DNA from: Pirellulales bacterium
GTDB lineage: Bacteria; Planctomycetota; Planctomycetia; Pirellulales; JAICIG01
DNA: 64,000 nucleotides
NCBI GenBank assembly: GCA_040901675.1
Contig: JBBDYJ010000006.1
Span: forward strand, 137,538 to 201,537
Reading direction: 5' to 3'
In this document: positions 56,224 to 64,000 of the stretch, one piece after another
How the letters are laid out: each line of letters begins with the position of its first letter
How positions within the stretch are numbered: the stretch's first letter is position 1
The notes under the pieces: model-generated
What the model saw: only the letters and a program-made list of their open reading frames with translations
Databases searched by the model: none
Told to the model about the DNA's origin: nothing
Program-made: the position numbers and the translations under genes

Positions 56224-58041
56224 ATGCTTCTCCGTTCGTTGCTCAACGTTGGGGCGATAACACTCCTGCTGGCCGGTTGCAGCAAGACGGCTCCTGCGCC
56301 TGCGCCCAAGGCAAGCGTTCCCGCGGTGAAGCAGACGGCCAAAGCGCAAGCCAGACCGGCTGGGATCAGCACTCCGGACAAGCAACCGGCCGCCGAAGAG
56401 CCGAAGACCGAGGAGCCGCCGGCCGCGGCCCGCGTGGCGGACGCGAGTCGTGAGCCGCCGCCGGACTCGGTGGAGCGGTTTGCCCTGTTCACGCCGGGCG
56501 GGCCGCTGGTGGTCGAGCTGGCGATGACCATCGATGGGCAGCCGTACGGGATGGCCCGTGCCGAAGTGATCGACGACCTGCTCCAGCAGGCGGACGTCGA
56601 CCGCGACGGGCGGCCGACGTGGAAGGAAGTGCTCGGCAATAAGACGCTCACGGCCCGGCTGCCCTACAGCCGGCGTGAGCTGGCCGACCGCAAGCAGTTT
56701 CTGGACCGGCACGATACCAGCCGGAACGGCCTGCTGGACCGGGTGGAAGCCGAGCGGCTGCTGTCGCGGATGAACAATGCAGGAGCGGCCTTCTCGCTCG
56801 ATGGATCGGCCGGCTACGGCGGGATGAGCGACCGCCAGTCGCCGCTGTGGGAGCTGATGGACGTGGTTCGCGATGACCTCTTGAATGCGGAGGAGCTGGC
56901 CGCCGCCAGCCAGCGGCTGAAGGTTCGCGACGCAAACGACAACGACACACTCGAAGCCACTGAATTGGCCGATGCGCCGGTTGATGCAAATGCCATGATG
57001 GGCGCCGGCCGCCGCTCGAGCCTGGCAATACCGTCCGCGGTGGTTTTGGGCGCCGGCGGCAGCCGGTACGGCAATGCCTCGCTGATCGCCGAGCTCTATT
57101 TGATGGGTGGGGGAATCCGGGACGACAGCTTCCCCCTGCTTCCCAGCCTGGCCGGTGAACTGGACGAAGACGGCGACGGATACCTGGACGCTGACGAGAT
57201 CGGGCGGCTGGACGCAGTCGAGCCGCACCTCAGGGTGTGGGCCCAGTTCGGCCAGGCCGCCGGACAAGAAGCGGGGCTTTCGCTGCTGGGGATTTCGAAC
57301 GAGCTGAATGGCGAGCAGCGGCCCGCCCCCGGAGACGCGCCGGCCGGTGCGCTCACAATCGAGCTGACGGGCCTGCGAGTCACGTTCGTGCTGGGCGACA
57401 GCGCGTCGACCGATTTCGCCGCGGCTGCCGAGGCGCAACTGGCCGCCCTGGATACGGACAAGAACGGTTACCTGGAAAAGCCAGAGCTGCCCAAGGCCGG
57501 CTCGCCGTTGCCCGCGGCGTTCGACGCGCTCGACGCGGACAAAGACGGCAAGGTCTACGCAACCGACATTGCCCGCTACAACAAGCGGCAACAGGCGCCA
57601 GGGCAAAGTGCCATCAAGGTGACCGTGCGGCCGAACCGGGACGCCTTGTTGACGTTGCTCGACGCGGATGACGACGGGCGATTGACCGCTCGCGAATTGA
57701 GCGTGGCGGCGGCCAAGCTGGCGCAATTGGATGCCGACGGCGACGGGCAGTTGAGCGTCGATGAGATCCCGAGCTCGATCGTCGTGCTCATCGAGCGTGG
57801 CGGCGGCAACACCGCTCGGCCCGATGCGACCATCGCGGCCGCTACGCCGGCCGGGCCGCCGCGCGGGCCGGCGTGGTTCGTCCACATGGACGTCAACCGC
57901 GACCGGGAGGTGAGCTTCCGCGAGTTCCTTGGCGGCGCCGATCGTTTCCAGGCGCTCGATTCCAACGGCGATGGCTTCATCAGTCTCGAGGAAGTGCTGG
58001 CCGTGGATAAGTTGGCCGACGATGACGCTCGGCCTTGGTAG
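56224..58041 (+). CDS. Multi-EF-hand lipoprotein
   Basis: LAGC lipobox; about 11 DxDxDG-like loops (DVDRDG, DEDGDG, DTDKNG, DADKDG, DADDDG, DADGDG, DSNGDG and others). Confidence 0.88.
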   Translation: MLLRSLLNVGAITLLLAGCSKTAPAPAPKASVPAVKQTAKAQARPAGISTPDKQPAAEEPKTEEPPAAARVADASREPPPDSVERFALFTPGGPLVVELAMTIDGQPYGMARAEVIDDLLQQADVDRDGRPTWKEVLGNKTLTARLPYSRRELADRKQFLDRHDTSRNGLLDRVEAERLLSRMNNAGAAFSLDGSAGYGGMSDRQSPLWELMDVVRDDLLNAEELAAASQRLKVRDANDNDTLEATELADAPVDANAMMGAGRRSSLAIPSAVVLGAGGSRYGNASLIAELYLMGGGIRDDSFPLLPSLAGELDEDGDGYLDADEIGRLDAVEPHLRVWAQFGQAAGQEAGLSLLGISNELNGEQRPAPGDAPAGALTIELTGLRVTFVLGDSASTDFAAAAEAQLAALDTDKNGYLEKPELPKAGSPLPAAFDALDADKDGKVYATDIARYNKRQQAPGQSAIKVTVRPNRDALLTLLDADDDGRLTARELSVAAAKLAQLDADGDGQLSVDEIPSSIVVLIERGGGNTARPDATIAAATPAGPPRGPAWFVHMDVNRDREVSFREFLGGADRFQALDSNGDGFISLEEVLAVDKLADDDARPW

Positions 58042-58128
58042 TTGCTGGTTGCTGGCAAGAGAAGGAACCAACAACCAGGCTTGCGATCCGATCGTTCTAG
58101 CAACCAGCAACTAGGAACCAGGAACTAG
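58039..58128. repeat. Inverted heptamer arrays between convergent genes
   Basis: TAGTTGCTGGTTGCT pairs with AGCAACCAGCAACTA; units CTAGCAA/CCAGCAA/CTAGGAA/CCAGGAA. Confidence 0.75.
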
Positions 58129-59039
58129 CTAGGCCATTGCTGCCCGGTCAGGGCCTCGTAGGCCTCGATGTAGCGGGCCCGCGTGCCGGCCACAACCTCG
58201 TCCGGCAGTGGGGGCGGGGGGCTGTTCTTGTCCCAAGCGGTGGTCTCGAGCCAGTCGCGGACAAACTGCTTGTCGAACGATGCCTGGCCGCGCCCGGGCT
58301 GATATCCCTCGGCCGGCCAGAAACGCGAGCTGTCGGGCGTCAGCACTTCGTCGATCAGGATCAACGGGCCGGTCGAACGAGCGCCGGTGCCGGTGGGCGC
58401 GGCGAGGCGGCCCCACTCGAACTTGGTGTCGGCGATAATGATGCCGCGGCCAAGGGCGTGCTCGGCGCCGCGGGCGTAGATCGCCAGGCTGCGGCGACGC
58501 AATTCATCCGCCACCGCGGAACCGACCTGCTCGGCCATCTGGTCGAACGAAATGTTCTCGTCGTGCCCGCTCTCGGCCTTAGTGGCGGGCGTGAAGATCG
58601 GCGGGTCAAGACGGTCGCTTTCTTTGAGGCCGGCGGGCAGCCGCAGGCCGCAGACCGTGCCCCGCTGGCGATACTCGTTCCAACCCGAACCGGAAAGATA
58701 ACCCCGCACCACGCACTCGACGGGGACAACCTGGGTTTTTTTGACGAGCATGCTGCGGCCGGCCAGGGGGCGGCGGTCGACCGCGGGCGGGAGGTCCATG
58801 GCGTCGACGTCGGTGGTCAGCAGGTGATTCGGCTCGCCCAGCAGATCGAACCAGAAGGCGGACAGCGCGGTCAGCACTCGACCCTTGTCCGGGATTCCCG
58901 AGGGGAGCACCCAGTCGAAAGCGCTCACGCGGTCGGTGGCAACCAGCAACAGCCGGTCGCCCAGATCATAGAGGTCGCGGACCTTTCCGCGGCGGGTTGG
59001 TGGGCGGTCCAGGACGCTTTCGAGCAGCACCGTTGTCAT
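58125..59039 (-). CDS. purC: Phosphoribosylaminoimidazole-succinocarboxamide synthase
   Basis: RGKVRDLY, TDRVSAFD, ECVVRGYLSGSG, ADTKFEWG, DEVLTPDSSRFW and DKQFVRD motifs. Confidence 0.97.
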   Translation of the reverse strand: MTTVLLESVLDRPPTRRGKVRDLYDLGDRLLLVATDRVSAFDWVLPSGIPDKGRVLTALSAFWFDLLGEPNHLLTTDVDAMDLPPAVDRRPLAGRSMLVKKTQVVPVECVVRGYLSGSGWNEYRQRGTVCGLRLPAGLKESDRLDPPIFTPATKAESGHDENISFDQMAEQVGSAVADELRRRSLAIYARGAEHALGRGIIIADTKFEWGRLAAPTGTGARSTGPLILIDEVLTPDSSRFWPAEGYQPGRGQASFDKQFVRDWLETTAWDKNSPPPPLPDEVVAGTRARYIEAYEALTGQQWPS

Positions 59040-59260
59040 GGGCCGGAGTATAGCAGGCGGGCACTTTTCGATGAAGGGAGGGGGAGCAAAATGGGGCAGG
59101 GAGCCGAACTCGCCGGCCGCGGCGCGCGGGAGCCGAACTTGAACGGCCGCTCAGGCTCGGCTAGACTCGCGCTAGGGGCGAGGGTTCGTGGGCCACGTGC
59201 TGTTTCTTGCACGCCGGCAGCGGCAGCAGGGTCTCTGCTGGGGCACGCTTGAGGGACAGA

Positions 59261-60760
59261 ATGCCGACCGGCTTGTTACGATTCTTGATGCCCGCCTCCG
59301 CCGGCGTTACCGAAAGCCGGGCCCAGCGTGCCTACCTGACCGGGCCCGACCAGGTACCCTGGCCGTGCCGCATCCGGTTGGATAACGGCCAATTGGTGGT
59401 CGAACGCCAGGTGTCCGACTCGGGCAAGTTCCACATCCCCTGGCCGGTCGAAGGGCATGGCGAGGTGGTGCTCTCGACGGCCACGCTGATGGAATGCGAC
59501 CGCCCCTACCACCTGCCGGTCGAGCTGGCGCGGGGCAAGGTCAACCAGGTCCGCAACCAGATTGCCGAGTGGCAGTCGATCGGGCTGGTCGTGCCGGACA
59601 AGGTCGATGCCGTGCTGAAGCGGGCGCTGGGACACCTGGCCCTGGCGGTCACCAGCCAACACGATCCGCAGGTGGCGGCCGAGCATGCCGAGCGGGCGAT
59701 CGTGGCGGCCGTCGACGCGGCCGACTTGCTGGTGGCCTGCTACTGCGAACAGGCGCTGGCCTCGCGGCATCGCGGCACGGCTCGGCTGCGGACGCTGTTG
59801 GGGGCGCCGCTGGGGGCGGGTTTGCTCGATCCGCCGGCGGCAGCGGCTTTTCTCAAGGCCTTCAACTCCGCCATTGTTCCCATGGCCTGGCGTCAGGTGG
59901 AAGCCGCCGAGGGGCACCGTCAATGGGAAATCTCCGACCGGCAGATCGAATGGTGCGAGGCCCAGGGGCTGAAGGTGGTGAGCGGCCCGCTGGTGCAGTT
60001 GGATCGGCTGGCGCTGCCCGACTGGCTCTGCCTGTGGGAAGGCGATTTCCGCAGCATCCATTCATTTGTGAGCGATTACGTCCAGGCCGCCGTCACTCGC
60101 TACCGGGGGCGGGTCCACGTGTGGCAATGCGCGGCGCGGATGAACGTGCCCGATGCGCTATCGCTGACTGAAGAGCAGCGGCTGCAGCTCACGGTGCGGG
60201 CCATCGAGGCGGCCCGCCAGGCCGACCCAACAACGCCATTGTCGGTGTCGTTCGACCAGCCGTGGGCCGAGTACATGAGCAAGAGCGCGCCGGACCTTTC
60301 GCCGCTGCACTTTGCCGACGCGCTGGTGCGGGCGGGCCTGGAGCTGGGCGCCGTGGGCTTGGAAATCAACATGGGGTATCAGCCCGGCGGGAGCTATCTG
60401 CGCGATCGGCTGGAGTGCAGCCGGCTGTTGGACCTGTGGAGCTATCTCGGATTGCCATTGCACCTGCTGCTCTCGGTTCCCGGTGGGCAGGCGGCGGCCG
60501 CCACCGGCGCCGCTTCGCCCCCGCGGCCGGCGCCGGCCGAAGCGGGCCTGTCGGGCGGTTGGACAGCCGACAGCCAGGCGGCCTGGATCAAGCACTACCT
60601 GCCGATGATGGTGGCCAAGCCGGCGGTGCAAGCCATCTTCTGGAACCAGTTCGAGGGCGAGGCGGGCGAGTTTCCGCACGCCGGCCTGTTCGATCGCGCG
60701 GCGGGACCGAAGCCGGCGCTGGCCGCTCTGGCGGTCCTGCGCAAGAAGCACCTGGAATGA
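59261..60760 (+). CDS. GH10-like TIM-barrel protein, catalytic glutamates not evident
   Basis: FNSAIVPMAWRQVE, DRQIEWC...GPLV and VTRYRGRVHVW follow the GH10 pattern. Confidence 0.7.
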   Translation: MPTGLLRFLMPASAGVTESRAQRAYLTGPDQVPWPCRIRLDNGQLVVERQVSDSGKFHIPWPVEGHGEVVLSTATLMECDRPYHLPVELARGKVNQVRNQIAEWQSIGLVVPDKVDAVLKRALGHLALAVTSQHDPQVAAEHAERAIVAAVDAADLLVACYCEQALASRHRGTARLRTLLGAPLGAGLLDPPAAAAFLKAFNSAIVPMAWRQVEAAEGHRQWEISDRQIEWCEAQGLKVVSGPLVQLDRLALPDWLCLWEGDFRSIHSFVSDYVQAAVTRYRGRVHVWQCAARMNVPDALSLTEEQRLQLTVRAIEAARQADPTTPLSVSFDQPWAEYMSKSAPDLSPLHFADALVRAGLELGAVGLEINMGYQPGGSYLRDRLECSRLLDLWSYLGLPLHLLLSVPGGQAAAATGAASPPRPAPAEAGLSGGWTADSQAAWIKHYLPMMVAKPAVQAIFWNQFEGEAGEFPHAGLFDRAAGPKPALAALAVLRKKHLE

Positions 60761-60763
60761 TGC

Positions 60764-60930
60764 AAGTGGGCAGTGGTTAGTGGACAGTGGTTAGTGAGTG
60801 TCTAGTCAGAGCGTTAGCCCCAGTGCGACCACTCCCCTCTTGCCTGCTTACCTATGCCTCCTGGACCCACTGCCATCCACCACTGTCCACTAACCACTGA
60901 CCACTAACCACTGACCACTAACCACTGACC
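60764..60930. repeat. Inverted heptamer arrays (CCACTRA)n between convergent genes
   Basis: Five AGTGG-type units on the left and seven CCACT units on the right; 60771-60791 is the exact reverse complement of 60879-60899. Confidence 0.9.
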
Positions 60931-60935
60931 GTGGC

Positions 60936-62642
60936 TCAAACGCGGCCGAAGCAGATCAGGCACATATCGTCGCTCTGCGCGCGCCTGCCCACGAAGCGCC
61001 TCACGTCGGAAAGGATGCGGTCGCCGAGCTGCTTGACGCCCGATGCCTTGGCACGAAGTTGCTGTTCGAGCCGCTCCAGTCCGTACAGCTCGTTATTGAC
61101 GTTCATGGCTTCGCTGAAGCCGTCGGTGAACAAGGCGAGGCATTCGCCGGGCGCGAGCAGCAGCGACGCCTGCCGGTACTCCGAGTCGCCGGCGACGCCC
61201 AACGGCACGCCGGTCTCCTGCGTAGCGACTTCGACCACCTGGCCGTCGGCCCGCCGCCACAAGGGGGCCATGTGCCCGGCGTTGGCCACCTGGACCTCGT
61301 GCCCCACCAGGTCGATCACGGCCAATACCAGCGTGACAAAGCGGTCTTCCCAACCGCTGCCGCTGAAGCCCGCATTGAGCCGCGTCAGCGCGGCGGCCGG
61401 CGAGGGCTCGCTGACCAGCGTGTAGCGTGTCTCGGCCGAGAGCTTGGCCATCAGCAACGCGGCCGGGATCCCCTTTCCGGAAACGTCGGCCACCACCACG
61501 CCTAGCCGCTGGTTGGGCAGGGCCACGTAGTCGAAATAGTCGCCGCCGACCTGGTTGGCGGCCTCGTAGAAGTCGAAGAACTCGTAGCCGGGCACCTGGG
61601 GTGGTGCGCTGGGGAGGAATCCCTGCTGCACCTTGTGCGCCAGATCGAGGTCGCGCTCGAAGGCGCGGCGGCGCAGGGCCGTCTCGTGCAGTTGGGCATT
61701 CTCCACGGCGAAGGCCGCCTGGCTGGCCACGCTGGCCAGCACGTCGAGGTCGTCCTGCTGGAACGGCGTGCGCTGGTCGAGGGTATCGATCTGGATCACG
61801 CCCAGCGCTCGGCCCTCGCTATCGACGAGCGGTGCGCACATCATGGAGCGGATGCGGAAGTCGGCGATGCTCTGGCTGGTGTCGAAGCGGGCGTCGGTGG
61901 CCGCATCGGCCGAGAGGATAGCCTCCTTGCTTTCCATGGCCTGGTTGACGATGGTGCGGCTGATACGGATCGTCTCTTCGGCGTCTTGTCGGCGGTGCTT
62001 GACGGCCTTGGGCACCAGGGGTCCGCCGGGGCCATCCTGCAACACGACGAAGCCGCGGTCGGCCTGGATGAAGATTTTGAAGAGGCTGTCGAGGATCTTG
62101 GGCAGGACCTGGTCGAGTGAGATGGTCGAGCCCAGGTTGCGGGAGATTTCCAGGAGCGCCTTGAGCTTGATCTCGGGATTGACGGCGGCGGTCCGCAGGC
62201 CGGCCCGGCTGCTCTTGACGTCCACGGTCGACATGATGGTCGAGCCGCTGGAGTCGTCGATCAGCAAGGCCAGGGCCATGTCGCCCGCTTTCGAGCCTTC
62301 GGCCGTGTCGCCGGGGCCCGCGGCGCGGGTGTCTGCCTTGGTGGTCTTGCCATCTCCGGCGTGGAAGGTGAACAAGAGGTCGCAGATCTTGACCCGGTCG
62401 TTGTCGTGCAGGCGCTGGCGGCCGCGGACCATCTGTCCGTTGACGAAGGTGCCGTTGCGGCTGCGCAGGTCTTCGACGTAGAACTCGTTGCCCGAGCAGA
62501 GGATCTGGGCGTGCTGGCGGCTGACGGCCCCCACGTCGAGCACGATATCGCAGTCCGGGTGTCGGCCCAGGACGGACCGCTCGCCGGAGAGGACGAAGTG
62601 CTGACCCGGATTGAGTCCCTTGAGGACCTCGAGGACGGCCAT
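60936..62642 (-). CDS. FHA-GAF-SpoIIE/PP2C (RsbU-like) Ser/Thr phosphatase
   Basis: FHA (LGRHP, VSRQHA, SRNGTFVNG), GAF (MMCAPL, GVIQID) and PP2C (VGGDYFD, ADVSGKG, FTDG, DDMC) motifs. Confidence 0.95.
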   Translation of the reverse strand: MAVLEVLKGLNPGQHFVLSGERSVLGRHPDCDIVLDVGAVSRQHAQILCSGNEFYVEDLRSRNGTFVNGQMVRGRQRLHDNDRVKICDLLFTFHAGDGKTTKADTRAAGPGDTAEGSKAGDMALALLIDDSSGSTIMSTVDVKSSRAGLRTAAVNPEIKLKALLEISRNLGSTISLDQVLPKILDSLFKIFIQADRGFVVLQDGPGGPLVPKAVKHRRQDAEETIRISRTIVNQAMESKEAILSADAATDARFDTSQSIADFRIRSMMCAPLVDSEGRALGVIQIDTLDQRTPFQQDDLDVLASVASQAAFAVENAQLHETALRRRAFERDLDLAHKVQQGFLPSAPPQVPGYEFFDFYEAANQVGGDYFDYVALPNQRLGVVVADVSGKGIPAALLMAKLSAETRYTLVSEPSPAAALTRLNAGFSGSGWEDRFVTLVLAVIDLVGHEVQVANAGHMAPLWRRADGQVVEVATQETGVPLGVAGDSEYRQASLLLAPGECLALFTDGFSEAMNVNNELYGLERLEQQLRAKASGVKQLGDRILSDVRRFVGRRAQSDDMCLICFGRV

Positions 62643-62892
62643 GGTACGCCAGCCGGAGCGACGGTTTCGCCACAGCTCGGCGGCCCCGAAGCGCCGGCAC
62701 ATTGCGGCACGCGGGCCGAAGCCCGAGCAACCCGCCGATTCTATTTCGCGCCCGCCGCGGTCGTCAACGCTTCAGCGGGGTGGAATCTCGACCCGTCCTG
62801 CACAGGTTTGCAGTCGACCCACCCGATGGGGAACCTTTGCCGCGCAGCGAGTGTCTGGATGGCGTTGGGCGGCGTGTGGTCCTGGCGCGCCC

Positions 62893-62922
62893 TTGACGGC
62901 TCGTGAGGCATCCTGATAGGTT
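62893..62922 (+). promoter_or_regulatory. Candidate sigma70 promoter of the tRNA
   Basis: TTGACG-N18-TAGGTT with an extended TGn. Confidence 0.5.
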
Positions 62923-63017
62923 AGGCAGATTGCCCTAAGCCATTCAGCCCAAAGGCATTCGGTGGTGGCCAGTGGCCGTCGGTCAGTGGCTGCGGCTCGT
63001 TACGGGAGCGCATTTAC

Positions 63018-63088
63018 TGGGGAATAGTGTAACGGTAGCACGACTGACTCTGGATCAGTTAGTCTAGGTTCAAATCCTAGTTCCCCAG
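63018..63088 (+). tRNA. tRNA-Gln (anticodon CTG), CCA not encoded
   Basis: Acceptor stem TGGGGAA/TTCCCCA; anticodon arm ACTGA-CTCTGGA-TCAGT; T-arm CTAGG-TTCAAAT-CCTAG. Confidence 0.96.
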
Positions 63089-63285
63089 CTTGCCGTGGCG
63101 TGGCGTTGGACAGCCGCGCCGGCCTGAACGTCGCCGATACGATGAACGCCCGGATCGAGAAGTTCGCTGTCGGCTGACAAGAGACGGCGTCAGGCGTCAG
63201 CGAGGGCGGCAGCCACGTGAAATGAGCCTATGGCCCCGACGGACCAGCTCCCTGCCGCCAGGCCGAGAACCCGTGCAAGGCGCCG

Positions 63286-63945
63286 GTGGGGACCATCGCA
63301 AACGCCCTTCTGGTTGGATTGTTGATCTTGGTGTTCAGCGTGAGTGCACTGGTTTTCATGGCTCCGACCGACGAGAGCGACGACCGCCCGCAATTCAGTA
63401 TTTCGTTTCTGCTGGCGCTTTGCACGGTGGTGGGAGTCGCGGTCTCCGGCTGGCAGGCCTATTGGCCGCTGAAAGATGCGCTTTTGCAGGCCAACTCCGA
63501 GACGGCAGCCGAGCTCATCGCACGGTGCCTCAACTTGAGCCCGATCGTCATAGCGCCTCTTGTCGCCTTGGCGTGCCTGGGCAGACTCCCGCGGCCATTC
63601 ATCTGGGTCTCGTGGGCCGCTGTGGCCGACATTTCGATTGAGACTCTCGTGGGCAGTACGATGGGCGGTGGCTACTGGTATGCCTACGTACTCGCTCCGG
63701 CCTTACTGGCTTGCTCGCTGGCCATTTGCCTTTGGTCGATGCGGCGTCGCGTTTCGATCTTGCGGCTTTCGGCGAGCTGCCTCTGTGGGCTCACTTGCGG
63801 CCTTTGGGTGGCGGTGCTCACGGACACGGACATGTTGTTGTGGTTGATCGTCATCGCGTGCGGGGGCGGAATTTACGCGCACATCAACTACCGCGAATAC
63901 CAACTGCGACAGCCAGCAGTGACACCCGAAGGTCGGTGGTTGTAG
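63286..63945 (+). CDS. Hypothetical integral membrane protein
   Basis: About 7 hydrophobic segments; contains PQFSISFLLALCTVV. Start uncertain. Confidence 0.65.
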   Translation: MGTIANALLVGLLILVFSVSALVFMAPTDESDDRPQFSISFLLALCTVVGVAVSGWQAYWPLKDALLQANSETAAELIARCLNLSPIVIAPLVALACLGRLPRPFIWVSWAAVADISIETLVGSTMGGGYWYAYVLAPALLACSLAICLWSMRRRVSILRLSASCLCGLTCGLWVAVLTDTDMLLWLIVIACGGGIYAHINYREYQLRQPAVTPEGRWL

Positions 63946-64000
63946 CGCCCTTACAGATGGAACGGTTGATGTCAATAGGCGTCGGGCGTGATGACGCCCA

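Overview
GC-rich bacterial chromosomal window, very probably a planctomycete (Pirellulales-like). This is inferred from the DUF1559 and DUF1549/DUF1553 proteins, a giant fused CcsBA, and heptamer and GTAG-REP repeats. Core genes are gdhA, ltaE, hisD-hisC-hisB, queC, aroC, purC and tRNA-Gln(CUG). Transport and envelope genes are an Ala/Gly symporter, an MMPL/RND transporter, a ~2,960-aa cyclic beta-1,2-glucan synthase and CcsBA. Signalling genes are a pseudokinase, a stand-alone cNMP-binding protein and an FHA-GAF-PP2C phosphatase. There are two toxin-antitoxin modules: VapBC, and Panacea plus a RelE-like ORF. Two candidate novel systems stand out. The first is a divergent RuBisCO-like protein in an operon with a Gfo/Idh/MocA dehydrogenase and a sugar epimerase (22.9-26.3 kb). 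The second is a LysR-divergent, translationally coupled operon of a secreted protein, a desaturase fused to a nicotianamine-synthase-like SAM domain, and an LtaS-like transferase (27.6-31.3 kb). Intergenic DNA carries at least four dispersed palindromic repeat families, some of which supply gene stop codons. All calls are from reading motifs by eye; no searches were run, and several start codons are best guesses.
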